NCBI GenBank assembly: GCA_029246995.1
Contig: JAQWMB010000007.1
Span: 51,575-115,574, forward strand
DNA length: 64,000 bases
From: Dehalococcoidia bacterium
Lineage (GTDB): Bacteria; Chloroflexota; Dehalococcoidia; UBA2979
Reading direction: 5' to 3'
Shown here: positions 9,916-20,800 of the stretch, in pieces
Numbering within the stretch: the stretch's first letter is position 1
How the letters are laid out: each line of letters begins with the position of its first letter
The notes under the pieces: generated by a model
What the model saw: only the letters and a program-made list of their open reading frames with translations
Told to the model about the DNA's origin: nothing
The model's database searches: none
Made by a program: the position numbers and the translations under genes

Positions 9916-11162
9916 ATGCAAAGTGATATTAAAGATGTAAAACTTGCTAATAAAGGGGTGAATGCCATTGAATGGGCTGCTAGAGAAATGCCAGTTTTAA
10001 TGGAAATAAAAAAAGAATTTATCAAAAAAAAACCTTTTACTAATATAAATATTGCAGCTTGTTTACATGTAACTGCTGAAACAGCAAATTTACTTATTGC
10101 ACTTAAATCAGGTGGCGCAAATATATTTTTAAGTGCCTCTAATCCATTATCAACTCAGGATAATGTAGCAGCTGCCTTATACAAAAAATATAAAATATCT
10201 ACTTACGCTATTCGAGGAGAATCTAATAACTTATATTCATCACATTTAAAAAAAATTGCTAGCATTAATCCACATATTATTGTCGATGATGGAGCAGATT
10301 TATCTGCATTAATTATTAAAAACAAAAAAAATATTCTGCACAACTAATTGGTGGAACTGAAGAAACGACAACTGGTGTTATAAGATTAAAAGCAATGTCT
10401 AAGGAAAATATGCTAACATTTCCGGTAATTGCTGTGAATGAAGCAAAAACAAAATATCTTTTTGATAACAGATTTGGAACAGGTCAATCTACTTTAGATG
10501 GTATTTTAAGAGCAACTGATATATTAATTGCTGGTAAAAAATTTGTTGTTTGCGGATATGGATGGTGTGGAAAAGGTATTGCGAGCAGAGCAAAAGGAAT
10601 GGGTGCTCAAGTTATTGTTACGGAAGTTGATCCAATGCGAGCTCTCGAGGCTGTCATGGATGGTTTTGAAGTTATGCCAATAAATGAAGCTGCAAAAGAA
10701 GGTGACATTTTCGTAACTGCTACTGGTGACTTAAATGTTATAGACAAAAAATCACTGACAAAAATGAAATCAGGTGCATTTTTAGCAAATGCAGGACACT
10801 TTGACTGTGAAATTAATTTGGAACATTTAGCATTAATATCCAAAAAAGTTACCCAAGTAAATGAACATGTAAGAGAATATACTACAAAAACTAACAAAAA
10901 ATTGCTACTTATTGCAGAAGGTAGATTAGTTAATTTAGGTGCAGCTACTGGACATCCCGCTTCAGTGATGGATCTTTCATTTGCAAATCAAGCACTATCA
11001 ATTGAATATATAATGAAAAATCATTCTAAATTATCAAGTCAAGTATATGATGTCCCATTAAATATAGATAATGCAATTGCAAAATTAAAGCTAAGTGCAA
11101 TGAAGATAAAAATCGATAAATTAACTGAAGAACAAAAAAAATATTTGAATTCTTGGGAATAA
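9916..11162 (+). pseudogene. ahcY: adenosylhomocysteinase (S-adenosyl-L-homocysteine hydrolase). The reading frame is broken inside an A8 homopolymer. The N-terminal part is 9916..10347 and the C-terminal part resumes in another frame at EETTTGV.
   Basis: ORF 9916..10347 matches the SAHH N-domain. ORF 10395..11162 matches the SAHH NAD domain and extends upstream in its frame through [11 protein letters not shown]. One extra A in the A8 run at 10324-10331 would fuse both frames into [24 protein letters not shown]. Confidence 0.8.
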
Positions 11163-11163
11163 G

Positions 11164-12381
11164 ATGATTTCTAATAACAGCCAAGAAACATTTTTATTAA
11201 CAAGTGAATCAGTAACCGAAGGACATCCTGATAAAGTATGCGATAGGATTGCAGATTCAATTTTAGATGCAATTTTATCTATAGACCAAAATGCTAAAGT
11301 TGCTATTGAAGTTGCTATTAGTAATAAAATGATTGTTCTATTAGGAGAAATCAGTTCTAAAAATTCATTAGACTATGAGTCTATTGCCAAAGACGCAGTA
11401 TTGAAAATTGGTTATACCGATAAAATAACTGGTTTTGATATTAATAATTGTAAAATTATTTCTAATATCAATCGGCAATCATCAGATATTGAGGCAGGAG
11501 TGATGAATGCTTTAGAAATAAGAAATGAGGCTACAAATAGCGATGAATTTGATCATCAAGGAGCTGGTGACCAAGGTATTGTATTTGGATATGCATGTAA
11601 TGAAACTGAAACTTTTATGCCTATGCCTATATTCTTAGCACATAATCTTACAAAACAGCTTGCAAAAGTAAGGCATCAAAAACAAAATGATTTCTTATTA
11701 CCAGATGGTAAAGCACAAGTAACAATCGAATATAAAAATGATGCACCTTATGCAATAAATAATATTATTGTTTCAACCCAACATCGAGATAATATTACAA
11801 ATGAAAAACTAAAAAAGTATGTCAAAGAAAAAATCATCAATCCAGTCTTACCAACAAATTTATTAAATAATTCAAAAGATATTGAAATACATATTAATCC
11901 ATCTGGTAGATTTGTAATAGGTGGACCACAAGGTGATGCAGGTGTAACAGGAAGAAAAATTGTAGTAGATACTTATGGAGGTAGTGCCAGGCATGGTGGT
12001 GGGGCATTCAGCGGCAAAGACCCATCTAAAGTTGACCGTACAGGTGCATATATGGCAAGATACATAGCAAAAAATCTTGTAGCATCTAATATAGTGGATA
12101 AGATTGAAGTACAAATATCGTATGGCATCGGTATTGCAAATCCAATATCATTGAGCTTTGATTGCTTCGATACACAAAAAATCAATACAAATATAATTAA
12201 AATAATTATTGATCAAATTTTCGATTGCAGGCCTGCAGCAATTATTAATCAATTTCAATTAAAAAGACCCATCTATTCACAACTATCAGCATACGGACAT
12301 TTTGGAAGACCTGAGTTAGATTTACCATGGGAAAGATTAGACAAAGTAGAAGATATAAAACAACTAGTGAAGAAAAATTAA
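11164..12381 (+). CDS. metK: S-adenosylmethionine synthetase
   Basis: GHPDKVCDRIADSILDA and the GGGAFSGKD motif. 405 aa. Confidence 0.9.
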   Translation: MISNNSQETFLLTSESVTEGHPDKVCDRIADSILDAILSIDQNAKVAIEVAISNKMIVLLGEISSKNSLDYESIAKDAVLKIGYTDKITGFDINNCKIISNINRQSSDIEAGVMNALEIRNEATNSDEFDHQGAGDQGIVFGYACNETETFMPMPIFLAHNLTKQLAKVRHQKQNDFLLPDGKAQVTIEYKNDAPYAINNIIVSTQHRDNITNEKLKKYVKEKIINPVLPTNLLNNSKDIEIHINPSGRFVIGGPQGDAGVTGRKIVVDTYGGSARHGGGAFSGKDPSKVDRTGAYMARYIAKNLVASNIVDKIEVQISYGIGIANPISLSFDCFDTQKINTNIIKIIIDQIFDCRPAAIINQFQLKRPIYSQLSAYGHFGRPELDLPWERLDKVEDIKQLVKKN

Positions 12382-12385
12382 ATAT

Positions 12386-12781
12386 CTATCTCTTGGTATA
12401 CTGTGGTGCTTTTCTGGCACGTTTTAATCCAGGCTTATTACGTTCTTTGACTCTCGCATCTCTTGTTAATAATCCATTTTTTCTTAAAATTGGTCTTAAA
12501 GATTCATCAAATTCAATAAGTGCACGAGCTATCCCATGACTTATAGCACCCGACCATCCTGATTGACCCCCACCAGACACTTTAATTTGAATATTAAAAG
12601 TACTCAAGTTATTAGTAATAGATAATGGATGTAAAATTTCTTGTATTAATGACTTTCTTGGTATAGATTTTTCAGGCTCAGCACCATTAATAATTAACGT
12701 GCCTTTCCCTAGATAAAGTCTTACTTTCGCAACACTAGTTTTTCTTTTTCCTAAGCCATAAAAATATTTAGATTCTTCCAT
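12386..12781 (-). CDS. rpsI: 30S ribosomal protein S9
   Basis: C-terminal ...KAPQYTKR. 131 aa. Confidence 0.9.
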   Translation of the reverse strand: MEESKYFYGLGKRKTSVAKVRLYLGKGTLIINGAEPEKSIPRKSLIQEILHPLSITNNLSTFNIQIKVSGGGQSGWSGAISHGIARALIEFDESLRPILRKNGLLTRDARVKERNKPGLKRARKAPQYTKR

Positions 12782-12797
12782 ATGTACCTCTATTAAA

Positions 12798-13430
12798 CTA
12801 TTTCAAAGCATCTTCAATTAAAGCTAATATGTCAGCTTTTTTAGAACTTTTCACAAATTTTAAATTAAGCATTTCAGCTTCTTGAATCAATTCAGGTTTA
12901 GTCATTTTACTGAATTCTTTTTTATTATCTTTAACAACACTATCTTCCAATTCATTAGAACTACGTTTTATAGTTTTAGTAACTTGCTTAGAACTCTTTT
13001 TATTTTGAGTTCCACTAAATAATTGAGATGCATGAGGATGATTATCATTAGCGTATACTTTTAACATCCTAAAAAGACTTCTTCCTTTAGAATTATGTGG
13101 CAACATTCCTTTTACAGCATCTTCAATCACTTTCCTGGAATCTAATTGCATTTGTTCAGCAAAAGTCCTTGAACGAATACCACCAGGATATCCGGAATGT
13201 CGATAGTATATTTTTTTCTCATTTTTTTGTCCAGTGACTGCAACTTTATCTGAGTTGATTACTATAACATAATCACCCATTACTAAATGTGGTTCAAATG
13301 TTGGCTTATGCTTACCTAAAAGAAGCTTGCTTATTTCAGTTGCTAAGCGACCAAGAGTCTTGTCAGTTGCATCAATAAGATGCCATGAAGAAGTGATATC
13401 TTGTTTTTTTAATCTATATGTTTTATTCAA
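12798..13430 (-). CDS. rplM: 50S ribosomal protein L13 with a C-terminal extension of about 65 aa ending in a Rho_N/SAP-like helix motif
   Basis: The N-terminal 145 aa are canonical uL13. The tail ...TKPELIQEAEMLNLKFVKSSKKADILALIEDALK resembles the Rho N-terminal domain motif. Confidence 0.85.
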   Translation of the reverse strand: MNKTYRLKKQDITSSWHLIDATDKTLGRLATEISKLLLGKHKPTFEPHLVMGDYVIVINSDKVAVTGQKNEKKIYYRHSGYPGGIRSRTFAEQMQLDSRKVIEDAVKGMLPHNSKGRSLFRMLKVYANDNHPHASQLFSGTQNKKSSKQVTKTIKRSSNELEDSVVKDNKKEFSKMTKPELIQEAEMLNLKFVKSSKKADILALIEDALK

Positions 13431-13445
13431 TTTAAATCCTTAACT

Positions 13446-14195
13446 TTACTGAAAAAGTGGCATATTGTATTGTATCTCAGACAAATTCAAACCCTTAGCT
13501 GGTGCAGTATACTGAACACTATGAGAAGGACCATGAATTAATTGGCTAAACTTTTCAATTGACATTTTATAAGAACCAACCTTTTGAATTGCACCAACCA
13601 TTCTTCTAACCTGATGAGGCAAGAAGCCAGAAGCACGTACAAAAATTTTAACTCTATCATTATCACTTTCAATATGAATATCTTGCAATACTCTAATTGA
13701 AGAATAATGATCAGGCATCTTACCTGCAAAAGGAGACCAATCAACAGCATCTTTAGGTAGTAGGGATACTGCTTGATCCATCATGTCAATTGCTAAAGAA
13801 GATTGTAACTGCCAAGAAAAACGATCATTTTGAGGTGACCGTGCTTGACCATGATTTATTGTATAGGTGTATAACCTACTAACTGCATCACTGCGAGGAT
13901 TAAAATTAGGCTGCGCAATACTAGCAAACTTAACTGATATATCTTTGTCGAGATAATAATTAAGCGCAGATTGTAATTTATCGGTAGGTAAATCCTTATC
14001 AATTGCAATTTTCACAATTTGCCCAACAGCATGAACACCGCTGTCTGTTCTACTAGCAAACTGGGCTCTCTTAATTAATGTGGCCACACCACTTACTGAT
14101 TGCTCAAGAGAACCTTGCACAGTGCGACATCCTGGCTGGTATTGTGAACCAGCAAAATCTGTGCCATCATATTCTAACATTAAAACATATTCCAT
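13446..14195 (-). CDS. truA: tRNA pseudouridine(38-40) synthase
   Basis: The N-terminus (LEYDGTDFAGSQYQ) is typical of TruA. 249 aa. Confidence 0.85.
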   Translation of the reverse strand: MEYVLMLEYDGTDFAGSQYQPGCRTVQGSLEQSVSGVATLIKRAQFASRTDSGVHAVGQIVKIAIDKDLPTDKLQSALNYYLDKDISVKFASIAQPNFNPRSDAVSRLYTYTINHGQARSPQNDRFSWQLQSSLAIDMMDQAVSLLPKDAVDWSPFAGKMPDHYSSIRVLQDIHIESDNDRVKIFVRASGFLPHQVRRMVGAIQKVGSYKMSIEKFSQLIHGPSHSVQYTAPAKGLNLSEIQYNMPLFQ

Positions 14196-14209
14196 AAAAA
14201 AATATCCAT

Positions 14210-14560
14210 CTAGACAAGTTCTATTCTTGCCATTTTTGAATCATCACCTTTTCTATTTGGTAACTTTATTACTCTTGTGTATCCGCCTTGCCTGTCTATA
14301 TACTTTGGCGCTATTTCAGCAAATAACTTTTTTACAACAGCTTTATCATAAATAAAGCCTGCTGCCTGTTTTTTAGATGTAAAGTCATCTTTCTTACCAA
14401 GAGTAACCATTTGATCTACTAGCCTTCTTAATTCCTTAGCACGAGCCTCAGTAGTTTTCACATAACCATATTTAAAAACATCTGTAGTCAAATTACGCAA
14501 CATAGACATACGTTGACCAGTTGGCATATCAAATCTACGTCGCTGCATTCTATGTTTCAT
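14210..14560 (-). CDS. rplQ: 50S ribosomal protein L17
   Basis: 116 aa, bL17-like, positioned after rpoA. Confidence 0.9.
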   Translation of the reverse strand: MKHRMQRRRFDMPTGQRMSMLRNLTTDVFKYGYVKTTEARAKELRRLVDQMVTLGKKDDFTSKKQAAGFIYDKAVVKKLFAEIAPKYIDRQGGYTRVIKLPNRKGDDSKMARIELV

Positions 14561-14563
14561 AAT

Positions 14564-15628
14564 TTAAGAACCATCCTCATCAACTAATGCATCCATTAAA
14601 GCCTGTCCAAGAGAACCAATATCATCTCTATTAATCTCACTATTTGCTATTTCTGTATCTTGCTCTTCAGAACGTTTTTCTTCTAAAAGAATCGTTTTCT
14701 GACTTCTAGGTGCAGGAAATCCATGTGCTACTAATTTATTTTTCAGTTCGACATAAGATTTTAAGCCAAAATTACGAAGTGACATTAATTCTTCTTCAGG
14801 TCTTTCAAGAACAATGCCAACAGTAATTAAACCTGAGCGTTTCAAACAATTATATGCTCGAACGGATAATCCTAAGTGTTCAATAGGAGTATCATGCCCT
14901 TCAAAAGGCTGAACTTCTTCTTCTTGGACTTCAGCGACTTCCACTTTCCCAAACTCATAAAAATTAAACAGTTGATCGCGTAAAATTTCTGCTGATATAG
15001 AAAGCGCTCTTTTACCCTCAATAGTTCCATCTGTCCATACATCCATTTCAAGTTTATCAAAATTAGTATCTTGTCCCACTCGTGTATTAGTAACATTGAA
15101 GTTTACTCGACGAATTGGTGAATACACAGAATCAACCGGGATAATGCCTATAGTATCAGATTTTTTATTTTCTGCAGAAGGGACAAAACCTATACCATTC
15201 TGAACATACATATCGACATTTAATGATGCTTTTGTATCAGTTAAAGTTGCTAAATAAAGATCGGGGTTCATTATTTCATAGTCAGCAGAAACCTCAATCA
15301 TACCAGCAGTTATAATTTCAGAGCCTGTTACATTTAAACTAATGTTACTTGGTCTATCAGCAAAAGCTTTTAATCTAACTTCTTTAAGATTTAAAAGGAA
15401 TTCAACAATATCTTCTTTCATGTAATCTATTGAACTAAATTCATGTTCAATTCCCTCAATCCTCACCCAGGTGATTGCTGCACCAGGCAATGATGAGAGT
15501 AAAATTCTTCTAAGTGAATTACCTAAAGTTGTACCGAATCCAGGTTGTAAAGGTTCAGCAACAACCTTAATATACTCTTCTTCTTCTTTTTCTAAGATAA
15601 CTTCAGGAATTACAAATTCTCCAGCCAC
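14564..15628 (-). CDS. rpoA: DNA-directed RNA polymerase subunit alpha (with an acidic C-terminal tail)
   Basis: 354 aa with N-terminal-domain and C-terminal-domain motifs. Sits in the alpha-operon position. Confidence 0.9.
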   Translation of the reverse strand: MAGEFVIPEVILEKEEEEYIKVVAEPLQPGFGTTLGNSLRRILLSSLPGAAITWVRIEGIEHEFSSIDYMKEDIVEFLLNLKEVRLKAFADRPSNISLNVTGSEIITAGMIEVSADYEIMNPDLYLATLTDTKASLNVDMYVQNGIGFVPSAENKKSDTIGIIPVDSVYSPIRRVNFNVTNTRVGQDTNFDKLEMDVWTDGTIEGKRALSISAEILRDQLFNFYEFGKVEVAEVQEEEVQPFEGHDTPIEHLGLSVRAYNCLKRSGLITVGIVLERPEEELMSLRNFGLKSYVELKNKLVAHGFPAPRSQKTILLEEKRSEEQDTEIANSEINRDDIGSLGQALMDALVDEDGS

Positions 15629-15671
15629 TGCTCACGCCCTTTCAATTTAAACTAAAAGCAACAATACAAAA

Positions 15672-16280
15672 TTATCTTGAGTAATACTCAACAATTGCAT
15701 TGGGATTATAAATGGGTTCAATATCATCGACATTCGGTCGACTGATTACTTGGCCCATAAGTTTCTTCTCATCTAACTCCAGCCAACTAGGCTGACTTTT
15801 ATCTTTAATAATTTCCTTCAAAATTTTTACATAGTTACTATTCATACCTCTTTTTGTAAAAGAAATTTCATTACCTATTTTTATTACTGCACTTGGTATA
15901 TCAAGTTTATTGCCTTGAACTGCAATATGACCATGTGTAACTAGTTGCCTTGCTTGATCTCTTGTACTTGCAAAGCCAAGTCGAAATACTGTATTGTCTA
16001 ATCGTTCTTCTAAAAGAATCATCAATTCATCTCCAGTAGGACCAGCACTACCAACAGCTTTTTCATAGACATTTCTAAATTGTTTTTCAACTAAGCCATA
16101 CGCAAATCGCACTTTTTGCTTTTCAATTAGTTGCAAACCTCTATCAGATATTTTTTTTCTTCTAGTTGGCGGTGGTCCCGGAGGATTTTGTTTACGAGAT
16201 TTTGCAACAGAAACATTAGCAAAAATAGGAGCACCATATCTCCTTGCTTTACGAACGCGTGGTCCAGTGTATCTTGACAT
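15672..16280 (-). CDS. rpsD: 30S ribosomal protein S4
   Basis: MSRYTGPRVRKARR... 202 aa. Confidence 0.9.
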   Translation of the reverse strand: MSRYTGPRVRKARRYGAPIFANVSVAKSRKQNPPGPPPTRRKKISDRGLQLIEKQKVRFAYGLVEKQFRNVYEKAVGSAGPTGDELMILLEERLDNTVFRLGFASTRDQARQLVTHGHIAVQGNKLDIPSAVIKIGNEISFTKRGMNSNYVKILKEIIKDKSQPSWLELDEKKLMGQVISRPNVDDIEPIYNPNAIVEYYSR

Positions 16281-16282
16281 AT

Positions 16283-16669
16283 TTACTTCCTCGGTCTTCT
16301 TCTAGCTCTACAACCATTATGTGGCATAGGCGTAATATCACGCATTGCCTTAACTCTTATTCCAGCAGAAGCAATCGCTCTTATTGCTGCTTCACGTCCA
16401 GAACCTGGACCACTAATGTATATATCCAGTTCTCTTAACCCTTTATCCATTGCCTTCATGGCAACATTTTCAGCAGCAAGTTGCGCTGCAAATGGTGTAC
16501 TTTTTCGTGAGCCAGTGAAACCTGCGGTACCTCCGCTACTCCAAGCAATTACATTTCCCGAAGTGTCTGTAATAGTAATCACTGTATTATTAAAAGTAGA
16601 ATTAATATAGGCTCTGCCTATTGGTATATTCTTCTTTGAACTCTTTTGACGACCAGTATTTGTTGCCAT
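16283..16669 (-). CDS. rpsK: 30S ribosomal protein S11
   Basis: 128 aa, uS11 motifs. Confidence 0.9.
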   Translation of the reverse strand: MATNTGRQKSSKKNIPIGRAYINSTFNNTVITITDTSGNVIAWSSGGTAGFTGSRKSTPFAAQLAAENVAMKAMDKGLRELDIYISGPGSGREAAIRAIASAGIRVKAMRDITPMPHNGCRARRRPRK

Positions 16670-16759
16670 CTTTTCTCCAATTTTTTCACGAGCTATAAGC
16701 TTACTAATAAATCAATTAATGAGCTATGACTGATGAATTGAAATTACAATTTCTTGTTA

Positions 16760-17143
16760 CTACTTCCTACCTACTCTACGCTTACCAGCTACTGTTTGCC
16801 TTGGACCAGTCCGTCTGGTTCGAGAATTTGTTTTAGTCCTTTGACCTCTTACAGGTAAGCCTTTTCTATGTCGATTACCACGATAACTGTTTATATCGAT
16901 CAGTCTTTGTACATTTGACTTTATTTCTCTTCTTAAATCACCCTCAACAGCATAATCAGTTTCAATAATGGAACGAATCTTCACTAATTCATTATCTTTC
17001 AGGTCTTTTACGAGTTTAGATTTATCAATTCCAGCAGTATCTAAAATTTTATTGGCAAGAGTCTTACCAATGCCATAAATATAAACTAAAGAATACACAA
17101 CCTGTTTGTTATCAGGAATTTCCACACCTGCAATTCTAGCCAT
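16760..17143 (-). CDS. rpsM: 30S ribosomal protein S13
   Basis: [10 protein letters not shown]... 127 aa. Confidence 0.9.
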   Translation of the reverse strand: MARIAGVEIPDNKQVVYSLVYIYGIGKTLANKILDTAGIDKSKLVKDLKDNELVKIRSIIETDYAVEGDLRREIKSNVQRLIDINSYRGNRHRKGLPVRGQRTKTNSRTRRTGPRQTVAGKRRVGRK

Positions 17144-17145
17144 AA

Positions 17146-17259
17146 TTAACCCTGCCTTTGCTTACATTTAGGATTAGAGCAAATTACTCTTAATCTGCCT
17201 TTCCTTTTAACAATCTGACAATTTTCACATCTTTTTTTGATGGATGCCTTAACTTTCAT
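17146..17259 (-). CDS. rpmJ: 50S ribosomal protein L36
   Basis: Hand-translated 37 aa [37 protein letters not shown]. Not in the ORF track because it is shorter than 60 aa. Confidence 0.8.
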   Translation of the reverse strand: MKVKASIKKRCENCQIVKRKGRLRVICSNPKCKQRQG

Positions 17260-17278
17260 ATTATCCTACTTTTCTTTT

Positions 17279-17554
17279 TTACCTAAACCTATAAGTTATA
17301 CGTCCTCTAGAAAGATCATAAGGACTTAATTCAACTAAAACTCTATCTCCTAATAAAATTCTAATGTAGTTCATCTTCATTTTTCCTGAAATAGTAGCTA
17401 AAACTTTATGCCCATTAGCTAATTCTACTTCAAACATTGCATTCGGTCTTGCTTCTTTTATAACTCCTTCGACTTCAATGATATCTTTTTTACTTTCTTT
17501 TTGATTATCATCTGATGTATTAACTGATTCATCTGTAGGCAAATTAAACTCCAT
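17279..17554 (-). CDS. infA: translation initiation factor IF-1 with an N-terminal extension of about 20 aa
   Basis: S1-like core ...[33 protein letters not shown]... The start overlaps the map stop. Confidence 0.85.
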   Translation of the reverse strand: MEFNLPTDESVNTSDDNQKESKKDIIEVEGVIKEARPNAMFEVELANGHKVLATISGKMKMNYIRILLGDRVLVELSPYDLSRGRITYRFR

Positions 17555-18315
17555 TACTTATTTCTAGTCAAAATATATGGACCATCATCAGTAACTGCGA
17601 CAGTTTCTTCAAAGTGTGCAGAGAGAGACCCATCTGAAATGACTACTGTCCATTGATCTGATTTCTCATGATTCACTGGTGAACCAATAGAGAACATAGG
17701 CTCAATAGCTAAAACCATTCCTTTAATAATTTTTAAACCGGAGCTTGCTTCACCATAGTTTGGAACATGAGGATCTTCATGCATATCTCGACCAACTCCA
17801 TGACCACCATATTCCTTAATAATACCAAAAGATTTGCTATGATTCTGTATAGCACTTGATACATCACCAATAGTGTTGCCAATATGTAGCTTTTGAATGC
17901 CTGCATTTAAAGCTTCTTTTGTGGTATTTAATAATGATTGCGCATTGAGAGAAATATTTCCAACTGCTTTTGTAAAAGCAGCATCAGAAACAAAATTCCT
18001 ATAAGTAACTCCTAAATCAATACTGACAATATCACCATCTTTTAAGGAGTAATCATTAGGTATACCGTGAACTAACTCATCGTTAACAGAAAAACAAATT
18101 GCTCCCGGATAAGGAGGTTTATTAAAGGGTGTATAACCTGGAAATGTAGCAAGTGCTCCGCGAGCAGTAATTTCTTTACGAGCAATATTATCTAGCTCTA
18201 TTCCAGTAATACCTGGTTCTATGGCATTATATAAAACATCTCTGACCTCAGCATTAATCAAGCCTGACTCACGCATAATTGAAACTTCCTCATCAGATTT
18301 AATAATAATTGTCAT
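17554..18315 (-). CDS. map: methionine aminopeptidase type I
   Basis: 253 aa with MetAP metal-binding motifs. Confidence 0.9.
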   Translation of the reverse strand: MTIIIKSDEEVSIMRESGLINAEVRDVLYNAIEPGITGIELDNIARKEITARGALATFPGYTPFNKPPYPGAICFSVNDELVHGIPNDYSLKDGDIVSIDLGVTYRNFVSDAAFTKAVGNISLNAQSLLNTTKEALNAGIQKLHIGNTIGDVSSAIQNHSKSFGIIKEYGGHGVGRDMHEDPHVPNYGEASSGLKIIKGMVLAIEPMFSIGSPVNHEKSDQWTVVISDGSLSAHFEETVAVTDDGPYILTRNK

Positions 18316-18325
18316 TTATAAATCC

Positions 18326-18889
18326 TTATAAACTTATCTCTTGCATAACTCTTCCGTGCACCGCATCTACTGAACCAAAGCCATCAACTTCGATGAATTT
18401 ATTTGTTTTACTATAAAAACTTGCGACTTCTTTTAAACTTTTTCTTTGATTATCTAATCGTTGTTTTGCAATATCTACTTGATCGTCTTGACGATTTTCT
18501 ATTTTTGCTCTTTTTGAAATACGCTCCAATAAAATAGTTTCTTCCACAAAAAGATTAACCGCAAAATCTATCTGTAAATTTTTTGTCAGAAGTGCTAATT
18601 CTAAAGCTTCACACTGAGAAATAGTTCTTGGAAAACCATCAAGTAACAAATGGCCTTGAGCATCATCTCTATTTATACGTTCTAGTAACATCTTAATTGT
18701 TAATTCATCAGGAACAAGGTCTCCTCGACTCATACAATCTTCAACTTCTAGGCCAATTGCAGTTTTATTTTTAACAGCTTCCCTAAACATATCGCCAGTT
18801 GAAATATGTAGAAAACCCATAGATTCAACTAATTTTTTCGCTTGAGTGCCTTTTCCTGCACCAATCAATCCGAGTAAGATAATAATCAA
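18326..18889 (-). CDS. adk: adenylate kinase
   Basis: P-loop GAGKGTQ. 187 aa. Confidence 0.9.
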   Translation of the reverse strand: MIIILLGLIGAGKGTQAKKLVESMGFLHISTGDMFREAVKNKTAIGLEVEDCMSRGDLVPDELTIKMLLERINRDDAQGHLLLDGFPRTISQCEALELALLTKNLQIDFAVNLFVEETILLERISKRAKIENRQDDQVDIAKQRLDNQRKSLKEVASFYSKTNKFIEVDGFGSVDAVHGRVMQEISL

Positions 18890-20224
18890 CTACATAAACC
18901 CTTCGTAATTTCTCATTGACATTTGGGCTTCTAATTGTCTCATAGTATCAATAACTACTCCAACAACAATTAGCAAGCCAGCTGCACCAATTTGTAATGC
19001 TTGAACATTTGTAACACTTGTTGCCAAGTATGGCACTACAGCAATGAATCCTAGAAAAATAGCACCGCCCCAAGTAATTCTCACTAATACTCTATTAATA
19101 TATTGTTGTGTTGGCGATCCAGGCCTAATCCCAGGAATAAAACCACCTTGTTTTTGTAAATTATCTGCTAGATTTTGTTGTTGAAAAACAACCATCGTAT
19201 AGAAAAAAGTAAATAAAACTACTAAGAGGAAAACTAATATCCAGTATGGAAATGCAGCTGGTGACATGATTGACTGTACGAATTCTGCAGATGATGCAAT
19301 CCAATTTACATCAACAGTATTTGCCAAAAATTGAGCAGCAACTGGTGGAAAAATCATAATTGAAAATGCAAAAATTAATGGGATCATGCCTGCAGTGTTA
19401 ACCCTTAATGGTAAATAAGATTGGCCTTGCTGCCTGTATACTCTGCCACCTTTTACTTGAGATCTAGAATACTGGACAGGTATCCTTCTTTGCGCCTCTT
19501 GAAAAGTAACAATTAGAGCAACAATTAATAATGTAATAATTGATAATAATAATATCCCACTTATTGCAGCCCCAGTACCAGTTAAAACTCCTCTACTAAT
19601 TGTCCTAGGAAGACCTGCAATAATTCCTCCAAAAATAATTAATGAAACACCATTACCAATGCCACTTTCAGATATTCTCTCACCTATCCAAACAAGAAAC
19701 ATTGTACCTGCGACCATTGTTGCAATAGTTGAAATTGATAAAAGGGCTTGTCCGCCAGATAAAGAAAAACCTGATACACCTCCAAATTGTTGTATAAGTA
19801 AGAGCTGAGCGTAAGCCTGGAACAAAGCCAACGGAACAGTCATCCACATAGTGTAAATTTGAATTTTATTCCTTCCTGCTTCACCCTCTTGTGCGAGTGC
19901 TTGTAATTTTGGGATAACTGGCTGCATTAACTGCATGACAATAGTTGCAGTGATAAATGGATATACACCTAAAGCTGCTATTGATAAATTCTCTAATGCG
20001 CCTCCTGAAAAAATATTTAAAAATCCCAATATAGCATTTTCATCAAAGATTTGTTGCAAGGCACTACTGTTAACGCCAGGAACAGGAATATGAGCAACAA
20101 ATCTGAAAACAAGTAATAAAGCAAGTGTGATAAGGACTTTTTTTCTCACTTCTGGTTGAGCAATAGCTGCCACAGCGGCTTCTAGTAATTTAGGTTTATC
20201 AGAGTGAATTTCTTTATTTACCAT
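18890..20224 (-). CDS. secY: preprotein translocase subunit SecY
   Basis: 444 aa, 10-TM SecY. Confidence 0.9.
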   Translation of the reverse strand: MVNKEIHSDKPKLLEAAVAAIAQPEVRKKVLITLALLLVFRFVAHIPVPGVNSSALQQIFDENAILGFLNIFSGGALENLSIAALGVYPFITATIVMQLMQPVIPKLQALAQEGEAGRNKIQIYTMWMTVPLALFQAYAQLLLIQQFGGVSGFSLSGGQALLSISTIATMVAGTMFLVWIGERISESGIGNGVSLIIFGGIIAGLPRTISRGVLTGTGAAISGILLLSIITLLIVALIVTFQEAQRRIPVQYSRSQVKGGRVYRQQGQSYLPLRVNTAGMIPLIFAFSIMIFPPVAAQFLANTVDVNWIASSAEFVQSIMSPAAFPYWILVFLLVVLFTFFYTMVVFQQQNLADNLQKQGGFIPGIRPGSPTQQYINRVLVRITWGGAIFLGFIAVVPYLATSVTNVQALQIGAAGLLIVVGVVIDTMRQLEAQMSMRNYEGFM

Positions 20225-20233
20225 GTATACGCC

Positions 20234-20800
20234 CTATTTATCGACACTACCGTTGTCATCTTGATTTTTTTGACCTTGTGAATTATCACTATTTTCTTGT
20301 TTATTTTTTACTAATGCTTTCCTCAAATGCTTACGAGATCGTACTTTCTTCTCATATGGATCAAGCTCTTCGAAAGTGCCCCCAGCTTCCTCAATAATTT
20401 TTTTGGCATTCTTAGAAAATCGACTACCAATTATTTTTAGAGGTTTTGATAAAACTCCATGACCTAAAATTTTATAAACAGTATCTGGAGATTCAATTAA
20501 ACCATTTTCATAAAGAGAATTTGCATTAACAACTTGATCTGTTTTATAAATTTTATCAATTCGGTTTAGATTTACTGCTTGATATTCGACTCGATTAATA
20601 TTATTAAATCCTTTTTTATGTCCATGTCTTCTAAAAATTGGCAGTTGGCCACCTTCAAAACCCAACTTAATATTACCTCTAGCCTTTTGACCTTTTAAGC
20701 CACGTCCGGCATAGGTTCCCTGACCGCTTGACTTACCACGACCAATTCGTTTTCTATTTTTTCTAGTGCTTGATAATTTAAAATTATGTTGTTCTATCAT
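20234..20800 (-). CDS. rplO: 50S ribosomal protein L15 (with a C-terminal basic/acidic extension of about 40 aa)
   Basis: N-terminal RKNRKRIGRGKSSGQG... 188 aa versus the usual length of about 145 aa. Confidence 0.85.
   Translation of the reverse strand: MIEQHNFKLSSTRKNRKRIGRGKSSGQGTYAGRGLKGQKARGNIKLGFEGGQLPIFRRHGHKKGFNNINRVEYQAVNLNRIDKIYKTDQVVNANSLYENGLIESPDTVYKILGHGVLSKPLKIIGSRFSKNAKKIIEEAGGTFEELDPYEKKVRSRKHLRKALVKNKQENSDNSQGQKNQDDNGSVDK

Noticed and set aside
6626-11162. Candidate selenoprotein (in-frame TGA) among trxB, trxA, plsX, GNAT and ahcY near selC
   Set aside because: trxA has CGPC and trxB has CATC with normal lengths. The ahcY break is a homopolymer frameshift that runs into TAA, not a TGA read-through. 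No SECIS-like hairpin was seen.
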